Source: Amoebidium appalachense | Lineage: Eukaryota > Protista > Ichthyosporea | Assembly: GCA_963693365.1 (NCBI GenBank) | Contig: CAVNZM010000011.1 | Location: forward strand, 4,472,639-4,536,638 | DNA: 64,000 nt | Reading direction: 5' to 3' | Shown here: positions 1 through 46,243 of the stretch, piece by piece | Numbering within the stretch: the first letter of the stretch is position 1 | How the letters are laid out: each line of letters starts with the position of its first letter | Program-made: the position numbers and the translations under genes | The notes under the pieces: model-generated | What the model was told of the DNA's origin: nothing | What the model saw: only the letters and a program-made list of their open reading frames with translations | Database searches by the model: none

Positions 1-741
1 GGGGGTTTGTTGGATGAGAGAAAGCTGAGTATGTATGTTTTTTGATTCTGCAATGGTAGTTAGGTTTTACCCTAGTAGTGGTGAATAGCATGCATTGCTA
101 CTTGGAGTTGGAGGATGGGGGGGGGGGGGGGAGGTGTAGGGTGGTGTAAAGGGATAGGTCAAAGTGGGTGTGGAGGGTAAGAAAGCTTTGTTTCTTGTGA
201 GAGCAGTATCTGTGTGTGTGTGTGTGTGTGTGCGTGCGTGTGCGCGTGTGTGTGCGTGTGTGTGCATTTTCGTGCTGGTGGTTGTGTGTGTGTGTGTGTG
301 TGTGTGTGTGGGAAGGGGGGGGGGGGGGGGGGGGGGAGTTACGTACGTTTGGCAACATTTGTGTGTTAGGTGTGACGGAAGCATGAAATCGTTTCAAGAA
401 AGTGTTGCTCAATGGGTGGTTTGTTGAGGCAGCGTGAAACTGTGTGTGTGCATGTCGCTGGGTCAGGGTTGTGGGTGTTGTTGGGGAATAGACTGTACAG
501 GAGGGGTAAGGTGATGTGGGAAGGAGGGCAATATATGTAAAACCACTCGTATGCAGCCCACATGCATTCTCTTGCGCCCCCCCCCCCCCCCCCCCCCCCC
601 CCATCTAACCCTTTGAAGCCCCCCCCCCCCCCCCCCCCCCCCCCCCCCACAAAAAAAAAAAAAAAAAAAAAAAAGGAACAGACGATAAATGTCTTTCCCT
701 TTGCACTGGCATCACACCAATTGATGTTTGACGGGGCGCAG

Positions 742-1278
742 AATGCACATTCATTGTCCTTGATCGGCAGCAATACGATGCAACCAACAGCCTTGTGGGT
801 ATGTGGCTGTCAATGACCTTTATGCAGGGCAGGAGCAATGTTTTTGCTTCTTTTAGTTGTTAATGAGAGCATATTGGGTTAAAGCTGTCGTAGGAAAAAG
901 GTGGTGGTTGGTTTGTTGGGGGAAAGGCGAGCCCACTGCTTTGATGTGCTGTTGAGATAGCGGTAAGTGGGATGTTGTCTTAGGCATGCCATGATAGGTA
1001 ATGGTTGAAGGGAGGCAATCATATAGCTGAAAGAAGGTGGGTGGAAAAGGGGTTCCCGAAACTTTAACGTGTGCGAGAGGGAAACATATCGTGATGTCAT
1101 TATGGATGGGGGAAATCAAATGGGTTTGAATGGGAGCCATAGACATGCTACGGATCATCTCCAATGGTCGCCTTTGAGGGTAACCGATTATACATGATAA
1201 GATTGGTGAACAAGTGCTATAGCCGAGTTTGGGGGACTTTCCCACTATGTCTTTATAACCCCCCCCCCCCCCTTTTTT

Positions 1279-1310
<32 letters not shown>

Positions 1311-1639
1311 GCATGGCAAGCAGGGGGAAAAGGAAGGAGATGGACAGGGGGTGGGAAGGGGAAGCAGGGAGGGACTAGCTCAACGGAACAATGTTGTTTT
1401 TCAGGACAGTCACAACTATTGCCTTTTGTCGACACTTCAAGACAATGCACTTTAGTCCTTACAGCTTTTCCCCGAAAATCTCCTCCCCCATATATCCAGG
1501 AATAAGTTGCCTATTCCATGTTTTCATTGCTGTTTCTTCACCGCAGAGCCCATGGTCGGGGATGTGAATCTTTTCTTCAACGACCATGACGACCGCACGG
1601 CTGCAGAGATAGAGATCATGATAGCAGGTACATGCTCCC

Positions 1640-1688
<49 letters not shown>

Positions 1689-2007
1689 AAAAAAAAAAAT
1701 AATAAAAAAACCCCTTCCCACTCGCCCTGCATGCCCTCCCACCCTACTCCGCCCGCCTTCTCTACCTTTTTTGTCTTCGTGTTCCCATGGTTCCTGATCC
1801 GATCACCCCTCTCCTTTTGTGGTTTTTGTCCTCTTATCGCAATTTTGTGCACTTGTGTTTTTCTGCTTGCCATTTTATTACGTGCAAGCCCCCACCTCTT
1901 CTACCCCTCTTACTCATCTACATGTGCGCGCACATACGAGCGGTACACAAGTACATACACACACACTCGCATACACATTTTTCTTACCACCTCTAAGACT
2001 CGCCCCT

Positions 2008-2047
<40 letters not shown>

Positions 2048-2599
2048 CGTCCCTTCTTCGACTTGGGTATGTTGTTTTATGACGTCGGCCGATTCTAGCA
2101 AAGGCCAAACCGCAAAGAAGGATTAAGGGATGGTGCCCGAGATGCCGTGGTGTGAGGGGGAAAAGGGGGAGGGAGGGAGGAGGAGGAATGTGGGGGAGGA
2201 GGGGGGAGGGGGGAGGGGGGAGGAGGGAGGCACGAGGGTTTTTTTGTGCATATGTGCATGTGCAGTGCCAGGCCTCAGCAGGGAGATGTATTTGTGCAAC
2301 CTCAGGTTCCGGTTGCCACGGAGTTTTCTTTTGCTGTTCACATCCACCGACACAATGGTTTAACCCCACACACACAGAGGAGAGTGCACGAGGAAAAGGC
2401 TGTGGTAAGGAGGCCCTTCAGTTGATGATGCAATACGGTATGGTGTGCATTTCCCTGACATACCCCCCCCTCCACCCCCCCCCCCCCCCCCCCCCCCCCC
2501 TCCCTCTCCTTCTCTCACACCCCTCCCCTTCCACTCCCACCCCTCCCCTTCACCTCCCTCCCTCCCCCCCCCCCTCCCCCTCCCCCCCCCCCCCTTCCC

Positions 2600-2635
<36 letters not shown>

Positions 2636-2909
2636 ACCACCACCACCACCACCACCACTTCCTGGGGGGATTCCTCTGTGCCTTACTGCCGGATGATGGC
2701 CTTAGTTCGTATCTCGCGCCTACAAGTATCTTATGGTGTCTCTGGGTAGGTCATGGTTTTGTCCGTTTTTGTGCTTTGCATTTCTTTTGTTACCTCCAAC
2801 CGATATTTTCCCAAGTGAGCCTCCCCTTCCCCCCTTCCCCCGGGAAGTTCCCCCTCGCACGGCACTGACATACACTGCCACACACACACAAACACACACA
2901 AACATGGAT

Positions 2910-2952
<43 letters not shown>

Positions 2953-3181
2953 GCGTGCGCACACATGCACGCACACAGGTGCAAGAAGTCTTGGAGTGAC
3001 GCGATACGTGTCGAAAATTGGAGTCGCAAACACGGCATCAACCCGTCTGTTTACATCCTTGGGGTACGTTCAGGTTAGCTTTAGCGAGGTTTTTCAGGAG
3101 GTAACATTGGAAAAGGCAGTAACGAATGAAGTGAAAGCTGAGCTTGATAGCATCCCTTCCACCCTCAGTACACTCCCGTAA
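742..3181 (+). CDS. NAT9: N-acetyltransferase 9-like GNAT protein, 3' part (5' exons not found, presumably left of the window)
   Basis: GT-AG exons 742-798, 1547-1627, 2378-2437, 2979-3181 join in phase: KCTFIVLDRQQYDATNSLV|EPMVGDVNLFFNDHDDRTAAEIEIMIA|EESARGKGCGKEALQLMMQY|GARSLGVTRYVSKIGVANTASTRLFTSLGYVQVSFSEVFQEVTLEK...*. Matches NAT9 motifs KCTFIVLD, MVGDVNLF, EIEIMIAE, RGKG (acetyl-CoA loop) and VFQEVTL. Confidence 0.9.
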
Positions 3182-3334
3182 AATGTTTCGGTGATACTAG
3201 CTATAATCGATATGCATTCTGACGCAGTATCCAATCAAACATGACCTCGCACCTTTTAGTGGTAGAAAAATGTGGCATTGTGAGTGAAAGGCATGTACAT
3301 ACAAACCCTTTCTTTTCTTCCCCCCCCCCCCCCT

Positions 3335-3377
<43 letters not shown>

Positions 3378-4071
3378 GCGCGATTTTGGTGGCAGCAGCG
3401 GGACATTCGTTGGCTCGATTTAGTTGTATGGTCCATGGGGAGTGCGTCGAATAAGATCAGCTAAAGCGCGACAATAAAACAATGAATGAATGCTAATTCT
3501 CAAAGTGTTCTGATTACATGTGCTACTGACACAGTCGCACTTAATAGATAAATCCTCCCTTGCCAATTGCAATTGACCATACGCAGAGCTCGAACTCAAC
3601 TCCATCCGCACACACATACACTAGCGCATATACATGTCGGTATTCCTCACAATAGTGCTCACAATGCACAGATGACACACACACACAAGCACACACAAGC
3701 ACACATACACACAAGCACACACAAGCACACACACACACACAAGCACACACACACACACAAGCACACACACACACACAAGCACACACACACAAACGTGCAC
3801 ACCGTGACACACACACCTTGATGTACGCGTACAATGCATTGCCAAGTGTGCCTGGTGAGTCGAATATGCTTACTACGGATCATAAACATACATTCGTAAT
3901 TATGCTAGCGGCCGGGTTATGACCATCCACCGGATCTGTCGGACGTCCCCCCCCCCCCCCCCCCCCCCCCCCCTCCCCCCCCCCTCCCCCTCCCCCCAAA
4001 CACGCACACACGCACACACGCACACGTGCACGCAGACATAATAGCACATGTACATACGTATGCTAAATCTT

Positions 4072-4109
<38 letters not shown>

Positions 4110-4147
4110 CCCCCCCCCTCTCTCCCTCTCTCTCTCTCTCTCTCCCT

Positions 4148-4212
<65 letters not shown>

Positions 4213-4252
4213 CCTCTCTCTGTGAGATTCTCTCTCTCTCCCTCCCCCCCTT

Positions 4253-4283
<31 letters not shown>

Positions 4284-4857
4284 AAAAAGGGGAGGAATGT
4301 CAAGGAAAGAAAAGAATCGCACCATTTCAAAGCAAGCATACTTATTTTCAAGTGGTAATCATGCTCGCCGCTGACCGGCTGAGCTGTGAGGCTGCCACGT
4401 GATCGTCATCATGTGCAGCAGTACGCATGTGTACATGTGTAGCACACACATGCCACGTTTTGTTTCATTTTGTTTCACGGTTATTCCACCACACTGATCA
4501 TACCACAGATCAAAACCTTTTTGTTTTGATAATAAAAATAACACTTAATCTGCTGACCCAGGTTTTTTTAATATAATTTTTTAAAAACCATAGTACAGTA
4601 ACTGGGATTCCCCTCAATTGCAAGCGAGCAGTGCAGCACTGCAGTCTCAGCACTGCAGACTGCAGTGCAGCGCAGTGCAGCACTGATTGATAATCCGCAT
4701 CACCGGACAAATCGGTCCTAATTAATGGCTAAAAAGGACAAAAGTGTCCGATCTTTTTCGGCGGCGTTGTTTTCGCTAGGAAACACCCCACAAGCTGGGT
4801 ATGGCCAATGAGGTCTAGTATTTTCCTGCCTTTTTTGTCTTTATAGGAAACCAATAG

Positions 4858-5139
4858 GACTGCAGGGTGAGTAGCTTTTGGCGCGCAAAAGATCATGGGT
4901 GCAAACCGTTTTCCCCCAGTTTTGGGGTGTCCGACTGTCCGATCACGGACGCCGTTTGGTTTGTGGAGAGCAAGAAGAACGAAGGGAAGAACTACCTCAT
5001 GAGTTGCTACGACTGGGACGGCTGTGATGATGATGAGTGGAACATTGGCAGGACGTACTCGCGGTGGTCTGGTATGCGCGGGTACCACAAGTGCACTTCC
5101 AGCTACTGCTGCGAGAGTGATGTTGCAAGTAATATTTAG
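4858..5139 (+). CDS. Orphan Cys/Trp-rich coding segment (probable exon of an unknown, possibly decayed gene)
   Basis: SSR-free frame with coding-like codon usage: DCRVSSFWRAKDHGCKPFSPSFGVSDCPITDAVWFVESKKNEGKNYLMSCYDWDGCDDDEWNIGRTYSRWSGMRGYHKCTSSYCCESDVA. Preceded by a pyrimidine tract and AG, followed by a possible GTAAT donor near 5129. No family recognised and no confident start. Confidence 0.45.
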   Translation, partial: DCRVSSFWRAKDHGCKPFSPSFGVSDCPITDAVWFVESKKNEGKNYLMSCYDWDGCDDDEWNIGRTYSRWSGMRGYHKCTSSYCCESDVASNI

Positions 5140-5161
5140 ACATAGTACTATTAGGTGTGTG

Positions 5162-5194
<33 letters not shown>

Positions 5195-5751
5195 TGTGTG
5201 TGTGTGGGGGGGGGGGGGGGGGGGGGGGGAGGGAGTAGGAGGGAGGGGCCCCGGGGGGAGAGAGGGAAAAGGGAGGGGGAGGGAGACTCGATGTCGATTT
5301 CGAACAGGGGTTTCAACCCGCTGATAATATAATCGATGCACAGTTTCTTTGGACTTAGACCCACCATGGGAACGGTTTGTAATACCTTTAGGCTAGTTAT
5401 CTGTCCGCAGTAAGAGCCGACCTCCATAATTTGCCTTGTCATCAATTAGAGAATATTCAACACATGTTAAGCATCAATGTTGCTGCTGGGGCGTACTACC
5501 GGTACCGTGGCAGTACTATGGCTATGTAGTACTGCTTTGAACGTACGAGACACAGTGGTACATGTCCTCATGTATAATTGTATGTCAGCAAATAAAGTTG
5601 TACAAAACTACGCAAGCTGATACACACCAGTGCACAACTTCAGACAGTCAGACTCCTGCCAGGCGGTGGGAAGTTGGGGGAGGGGGGAGGAGGGGGCCCC
5701 GGCCGCGGGCGGGTGGGTGGGTGGGTGGGTGGGTGGGGGGGAGGGGGGGGG

Positions 5752-5783
<32 letters not shown>

Positions 5784-6145
5784 AGGGCAGAAGCCAAGAG
5801 GAGCTGATGTAAACAGCCGCTGAGGCGTCCGTGTGTGCATGCACTTTGTATGTGTACGTGTGTGAGGGTACGGTCGGTGGGTAGTAAAAGATCGTAGAGC
5901 CTGTGAGGGACTCATATGATATCGCAGATAGAGTGATGGCTCTGCTTATAAAATGTTATTTCCGCCCTCCTGTTCAGTGCTTTCTACCCGCCCACACCAA
6001 GGCTGTGATGTAGTAGAATAACACGCATTTAGCACTCCAAGTGTGTATGCGCACATGCACATAGATGGTACTGCTCACAAATTACATGTCCGGTGTAGTG
6101 AGTGTGCATTCCTATCTAACCGAAAATTTGTTTTGCCCTGCAAAG

Positions 6146-6245
6146 GATACCAGAAGCTGCGGAAGAGCTACAGAAGCTGCTAGACGATCCAGGAATTGAA
6201 GACGCAGTCGTTTTGATTTTAGCGAACAAACAGGTGGGCTTCCTT

Positions 6246-6286
<41 letters not shown>

Positions 6287-6425
6287 CCCCCGTCCCGTGG
6301 AGCCTTCTTACACACACACGAGCGCGCGCTATCTGTCTCCACCGACCAACTACACTCCCACCATCACCATCCCACCACCACCACCCCACCACCCCACACC
6401 ACGACAACACCACCATCACCCTCCC

Positions 6426-6465
<40 letters not shown>

Positions 6466-7229
6466 CCCAACCCACCCACCCACCCACCCACCCACCCACC
6501 CACCCACCCACCCACCCCCCCACCCATCCACCCACCACCATCACCACCACCAGCCAACCAACCAACACCACCACCTTTACCGTCACTCGTTTTGGCCTGC
6601 CACACAACTTACCAGTGCCTCCACCTATGACCACACATCTGTACATGCCCACCCCCGACTTTGTCCAAGCTTGCTGGCTTACAAAAAACGTCACGTGCAC
6701 ACGTCGACTTACAGCCATGCACTGCCTTCCACACCATATTATTGGGGATGCTTCTGTGGATTTTATGAGGGAAGACCGGATGGTAGCGCAAGGGGGGAAG
6801 GGGGGGGGGGGGGGGGGGGTAAGGGGGGGGAGGGGAGGGGGGGGGGGAGGGGGGGGGGTATCTAGTTATGAGTTCTGATGGAAGTTTTCCGTCCGTGCAA
6901 TCACGGATGGCGGTTGAAGAGGGGGTGCGAGGGGGTGGGGAGGGAAGGGGGGGGGGGGGGGGGAGGGGGGGGGGGGGTTGAGAAGGAAGGAATGGGAAGG
7001 GGAGGTAGTGCTGTAAAAAAAACGCTCACCGCATGATTTTGCTTCTTGGGGATAGGATGTAGCAGGGGCGCAGACACCCCAAGACCTCTTGGGCAAACTG
7101 GGGCTGGAGCAGTACCAGCAGCGGGTGTGGAACATGCATGCCACATGTGCAACTAGTGGGGATGGCCTGTATGATGCCCTCGAGTGGCTGGTCGATAAGT
7201 TGGAGCCCCACAGGAGGAAACAACGCTGA
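6146..7229 (+). CDS. ARF/ARL-family small GTPase, C-terminal half only (partial gene or pseudogene)
   Basis: Exons 6146-6233 and 7056-7229 (GT-AG): (R)IPEAAEELQKLLDDPGIEDAVVLILANKQ|DVAGAQTPQDLLGKLGLEQYQQRVWNMHATCATSGDGLYDALEWLVDKLEPHRRKQR*. G4 NKQD and G5 CAT..GDGLY..LEWL are ARF signatures. No G1 (GLDxxGKT) or G3 (WDVGGQ) exon seen upstream. Confidence 0.8.
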
Positions 7230-7794
7230 GATAGATGTGGTTAATGGGTTGGTGGTGCGGGGATTGTGTGGTTGGAGTAGGGGGTTTGAGAGAGCCCCGT
7301 TTTTGGTGGGTGGTTAGGATGGGTAGATGGGTGAGGTTAGGATGGGGTGAGTGGGTGGGGTGGCTCTGGTAGGAGATGGGGTTGGGGGGGGGGGGGGGGG
7401 GGGGGGGGGGTGTCGTTTTTTGGGGGGGGGGAGGGGGGGGGAGGGGGGGAAGGGAGGGGGGGGGGGGGGGGGGGATAGACTAGCTAGCTTTGTTTGCCTG
7501 TTCCAAATTAGCTTAGTTTAGTTTGTTTGTTTTAATTAGTTTAGTTTAGTTTGCTTCTGTGAATACCTCGGTGGCTTCGAACTGGCTTTGACAGACTAAG
7601 GGGACATTGACCTTGTGTGGTCGATATATTTGGGTGTGGCTTGATCTAGGGCGCACACATGTCAGGCGTATATCGATTTATTATGCATGTAAATACTGTT
7701 GTGATTGAAATACGTATGCTAATCTTTAGAATAAAATCGTTGAATGTTGATTACACAGTTGTCCATATCTAATAATCAGCCGAATTCGGGAGCT

Positions 7795-7832
<38 letters not shown>

Positions 7833-8399
7833 TTTATTTTCTTTTCGTAGATCTTCGTTTATTTATCCCAAGGATTTTAATTCGCTCACGCCTTTCCGGC
7901 GACGGGGTGAGAATTCAAGCGGATTCTAAATACTTATCTAATTCGATCCCCAGCTTGGTTTTAACGATTCAATATGTACATGGCATGCATATGCATGGGT
8001 GTTGGTATAGAAATTTTAAAAATCCTCACTTATTCCCTTACGGGGCCTTGGGTGCTAACTAGTATACAACATTAGTGCCAAAAAGGCAGATTTCGACGGT
8101 GCTAACGTGCGTGATATTGACCCAATCCCTGACATGCAGTGTTGCAGCACTAAGAATCATTTCGTTAAAGGTACTACCGGCCAGGTTCAATATTATCTGA
8201 CGGCGAGAATCTGGCATTTTACTAAGGAATGTGCTGCCTAATTGCTGAAAGCTAACTACTTGTCTTCAAGGCGCATTAAGAGGAACGACCAAACAACGTA
8301 TGACTATTGTTCGTTGTCCTATGGCTAATCCCCCCCCCCCCCCCCCCCCCTCCCCCCCTCTTTCGCCCCCCTCCCCCCCCTCCCCCCTCCCCCTCTCCA

Positions 8400-8767
8400 G
8401 AAGGTCCTGATTTGTACGCTTTGCTTAAACGCACGATATATTCGTTCGACTACAGTCCACTCACGGTAGCTCTCGGAGTCAAAAACTTTGCCCTTTTCCC
8501 TTTCATTTTTGGTGATTGCAGCTCCATTGTTGAGCTCTCGGTAGACAACCCCACATCCACCGCAATGGAATCATTTGGAGCACCCACGCCATCTGATTTC
8601 TTCACAGGCTCAGAGGTAGAGGGAGTACTACCCTCTGCAATATCATTTCGGCTAGGGGCAGTATTTGTGCATGTGGCCTGGACCGTCTTGGGGATGCCGG
8701 GGGCACGTTTTGGGTCCGCCAGGTTGCTGGATGATCTGATCTTGATGGACATGCCACGGTTGCTGAG

Positions 8768-8803
<36 letters not shown>

Positions 8804-9114
8804 ACAGCCACAACCACCCGTATAGCTAACCACAAAGTAGACAAACGTTAACAAAAGAAAAAACAGACACCAAAACGCCGAAGTTGTAACACATGCGCGG
8901 GTGGAGGCCATAAAAAAACAGTTAAAAGTTTTGATTGTGGTCGGGTGATCATGAGAAGGCCCACCCTAAGCCATATAGGATAATAAGCTTCCATGAAAGA
9001 TATTAACGTTGTAATCGTATTCATATGCATACCGCCGTTCTTTTGGTGAGTACCCCCGGAGTGCACCTTTGGTGCATAGAATACTCGGTCTCTAACTCTA
9101 TCACCTAGAAACAA
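8400..9114 (-). pseudogene. Possible decayed coding sequence or TE remnant of unknown identity
   Basis: Non-repetitive minus-strand frames (...IKIRSSSNLADPKRAPGIPKTVQATC...SPKMKGKRAKFLTPRATVSGL*SNEYIVRLSKAYK; FLGDRVRDRVFYAPKVHSGG...) interrupted by a G-run and stops. No domain recognised. Confidence 0.2.
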
Positions 9115-9492
9115 GACATGTACATTAGATGATTATTGAGACTTAATGAGCTTCAATGACATGGCGTACGCGTACCTGGCATATGTAGTGTGCAACAGTA
9201 CAAGAAATCTCCATAAAAAGGACCTGTATGTTTTATTCATACAACTGTTGGGTTTTACAGACAACAGACTAAACCAGCCCCCATGTCTCATCGACTACGT
9301 ACTGGCAAAATAATGGAACAATGGCATTACGGTAAAACAAACTAAGGACCACGACAGGCATTTCACTTGAAAAGGAACGGAGGAAAAAGAAAAAAACAGG
9401 TAAACGAGAAAGAGACCCAGGCAAAAACACCTGCATCTAAATTAAATCCTCCTACCCCCCCCCCCCCCCCCCCCCCCCCTTTCCCCCTCTCG

Positions 9493-9535
<43 letters not shown>

Positions 9536-9984
9536 ACACACACACGAAGACACATACATGCACAGAGATACACACACGTACAAGGGAAACAGAAAGAGAG
9601 AAATTTATAGCTTCAAAGGAACAAGACAAGCCCATGACATGAACATGCCGCCATCGTTCTACATCACCTGTTAGTTCCCAAAACAGCAAAAAATAACCGA
9701 TTGGCTTGTGCCGAACCAATGTAAAGGAGGCAACATACCTTGAAGCAACACACACACATATACACGCCCTTTGTTATAAACATTGTATGGGTACATTCGA
9801 ACCCTCCCCCCCCCCCCCCAAAAAAAAAAAAAAAAAAAGAAAAAGAAAGAAAGAAAAGAAAAGAAAAGAAGAAGAAGAAGAAGAAAAGGTCTGAACTCTT
9901 TGACCTTCCAGGTCATACTACATACGTTCTCCTAGAATGAAAAAGAAATGAAATGAAGCCCGCCAGATGCCCGGACGTGTGCAG

Positions 9985-33279
<23,295 letters not shown>

Positions 33280-33929
33280 GTTACTAAGTCTCGCCTATCT
33301 ATATCTCGTGGGGGACACTAACACCAGACACAATAACAAAAAGAAGCCTTAAGACTGCAGCGTGGCTGCACCCCACAAGTCTTAGAACAAGATTCACTCC
33401 TCCACTAGGGCTAACGCATATAGAAGAAGGGGACACCTCTCCCTTCCCTCTCCACCTATACGTGTACTCCCTCCCCGTTTTTTTCCCGCTTCTTCTACAG
33501 TACTGTAGCGTTCTGGTTTGTCCAAGAAAAGGACAAGAGCGGTGCTGTGCCACGGTGCGCGCGGTGTTCCAGATTGGTTCGGTGTGTAGCTAGTTTTCGG
33601 ATAATAACTCACATTTATGAAACTTGAACTATATTACTCAAAAGCCCCCTAAAGGCTCATCCAGAAGTTGTAATCTACTTGTAGAACCCCATTTATTTTT
33701 TTTGCTGTTGTCGTTAAATGTTTTTCGGTCAGGGTGTGAAATCGTGATATGGCTCACTGCAAGCAGCCAGTGCTCGTTTGCTGCCACGTCACAGCACACC
33801 ATCGTGTCTCCTCGGAATACACGTGTGTTTTTCTTCTTTACAAGCCTAAAAACGAAGAAACATTGAAACGATGATATAGAAACGTTATTTAGTACACACT
33901 TTGGGAGTATATTAGGAACGACGCGTGTG
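33280..33929. promoter_or_regulatory. Putative bidirectional promoter between Lon and NOA1
   Basis: 650 bp free of microsatellites between divergent ATGs (33279 minus, 33930 plus), with an ATTGG/CCAAT word at ~33573. Transcription starts are not determinable from sequence. Confidence 0.6.
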
Positions 33930-43119
<9,190 letters not shown>

Positions 43120-43371
43120 GATGTAAGGTATTGCGGCATGGTTGGATGTATGGCATTGAGATGAGTAGTTCGAGGCTTGACACGATCAACGACTGGGTGG
43201 ATTTTTTTTTCTTTCCCCTGTTGTATCTGCGACTGTACTTGTGTGTATGTGTACGGTGTGTGTGTGTGCGTGTGTGTGTGCGCGTGTGTGCATGCGTGCG
43301 TGTGCGTGTGGAAAAATCTTGGGCTGGGGTGGGTCGGATGGGGGTGGACCAGGTGGTGGAGGCGCGCGCCT

Positions 43372-43457
<86 letters not shown>

Positions 43458-44041
43458 ATAGATTTGCGTAACATTTCTAATCGATAAAAAGAGCCCTGTT
43501 CATGGTTATAAATTTGATAGAATATTATGCACATTAGCATGAATTTTGTAAACAGGTATAATACGTACCGCTTGCGTGTGCATGAAAAATGTGTACTGAG
43601 ACTCAGAGCATACACGGTTGTGTAGACGAAGTTTCCCTGATTTTTTGGTGGTGTTTGCCTTAATGTCACTTAGTAATGGAAATATACAAGCTGTGTACTT
43701 GTAGTGACACTGGGCACACCGTATCTTTAAATTTCAAAGACGTACAGTAGATAGATATTTGTTAGCGCACGCGTGTGTTTAAAACTACTGTACATGTTGA
43801 CACCCTTCCTATGTCTTCCTATGTAAATGTAAATAAAAAAGGCTTCATGCGGCCTCGTCACAAAAGATTCTTCGAGTGTATTGTAATACTTCGAGTGCAT
43901 TGTCATCGGATTGCACTTACAGATCATGCATGTACATATGTGCACACACACTGCTGTAATGTGATATTGATGCGAGGAGCGAGGGCTTCCCCTTCTTCTT
44001 TCCTTGCTGCAATCTTCTTCTTCTTCTTCTTCTTCTTCTTT

Positions 44042-44151
<110 letters not shown>

Positions 44152-45438
44152 ATGTTTTTTTTTTCTTTTTTTTGGGGGGGGGGGGGAGGGGGGGAGGGGG
44201 GGGGGGGGAGATAGAATAGCCTAAAACGGTGCAGAATGGTGTGGTATCATTGGGTAACATGAGAAGCCAATCACAACTGTCTCTGGCACTCGCCAAAAAA
44301 ATGCCGGGCGCAACGTTGCTGACTGAGCTGACACGCGCTGAATCACTGCTGATAGCATGCGCATTGCTTGGTTACAGGCAGCAGCTCACACGTCACTGAA
44401 TACCCAAACTACAATCATTACTATAAGTTGGGTGTCATAGTATATTCGAATCGGATTGCATTTTGGTTTTCCTGCGCGCAAGTTGCCGCACAGTCAACCC
44501 CGTACACATGCATGACAATCGTGTTTACCTCGATCAAATTCAAGCAGGCTTGTGGCCCCGGGAACTCCTCCGATTGGATCAGCCGAGGGTAAACGAGAAA
44601 AAAATAGATCTCCCTGACAAATAACCAATTATGTTTATCAGCGGGAACAAACGTTACTCTTTTTAATAATTTAGCTAAAACATTCATGTTGTAGGATTAT
44701 AGAAAATGCGATGGTGGGATAGCTGCATTAAAGAGTTATAGCGCATTAGAAGACACGATGACCAAAAATATGATATATTTTCTACCATGTAAGAGATCTG
44801 AGTATAATATCTAAAACAATCCCTTTACTTATGAGACACTGATCTGTTGTGATAGTGCCTTTTGTGTGTTAGCCAATCAATATGATGCGGAAAATTCCTG
44901 CTTTTGCCGCCTCTTACATGTGGTTCGGAATGTCAGCCAAAGTGCCACTCTCCGAACTGTTTTCCACTTCGTGCTCCGCTGGTGTGGTTGTGTGTGTATT
45001 CTGCGGGGTTTTTTTTCTTCGTATTTTTTGTTTATTATTCATATTGTATAATAGGCTTTCTTTCGCCGGTGGCTCCTGTACACTGTTCCACCGTGAATTT
45101 AGCTACTTAATGAAGCTAGTTACCACGCTGCCACCAAACGCCTTTTACCGAGTGTGCAGTCGTTAATTCACTTGAACAACAACATCTTGAGTGGGCGAGC
45201 GAACTCAATTTGCATCCTCATGTCGGACTAGGCCTTTTTTTTTTTTTTTTTTGTAATTTCTTGGTTTTATTTTCAACGGCCGTTTTTCTTTGTTCCCGCT
45301 TCTTCTTGCGCTTTGGCCATTTTCCTGCAACTGAACATCAGTTCGCACTGCTTTTTTCGACATCTGCAGGCCCGAGGTCTTTGTCATCCACGCAAGTGTT
45401 CTCTGATATTATCGTAAGGTTATATAACTACATCAGCC

Positions 45439-45738
45439 ATGGAGATGCATCAGATTATCCCAGCGGACGTTGCCTCCATGAGTCTGTACGACGCGTACAG
45501 GGAGTACTTTACAAAGGTCTGCCCCCCTTCCCCCCCCCCCCCCCCCTCTCCACATTCTCTCCTCTTCTCCTTTCTTTTCTCCTCGCCCATCTCCGTCCAT
45601 CTTTTCGGCTATCGATTATTACAAACCCCCCCCCCCCCCCCCCCCCCCTCTCCCGCCGTGCTTTGACATCCTCTTCTTACCTGCTGGTGATACATCGTTC
45701 GGTACGGAAACATGCATGCGCACACACCATGCACACAC

Positions 45739-45804
<66 letters not shown>

Positions 45805-46025
45805 CAGACTAGGTTCTAACTGGCGATCAAGGGTCAGTTGCATCGACCAAGCTTTGCGTGCTCGACAGTGGCATTTGTTCATGTTCTTGTTTTTTTCTTG
45901 CGCCTGGGAGACTCTTTTGGCTGATAGTACATCCTGCCGAAAGGCCTGTTCTTCTTAACCCAGCTCACATACTATCTACATAGTGATTAGGCAAAGAAGC
46001 ACGAAGACATTAAAACACACACATG

Positions 46026-46071
<46 letters not shown>

Positions 46072-46186
46072 AACACACACGCACAAACACAGAGTGGGGG
46101 GTGAGGGGGCGGGGGGGTGAGAGGCGCGCACACTTATACACTTAAATCCTCCAATTCCCCCCTCCCCCGCACCACCACCATGACCA

Positions 46187-46243
<57 letters not shown>

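Noticed and set aside
4729-5445. 238-aa minus-strand ORF
   Set aside because: Antisense shadow of the Cys-rich frame, extended through C/A runs.
7230-7480. Telomere-like G/T-rich stretch (GGTTAG words)
   Set aside because: No regular TTAGGG array; ordinary G-rich 3' flank of the ARF fragment.
44421-44687. 88-aa minus-strand ORF between NOA1 and the ceramide synthase
   Set aside because: No recognisable motif, splice partners or coding bias; within chance length.
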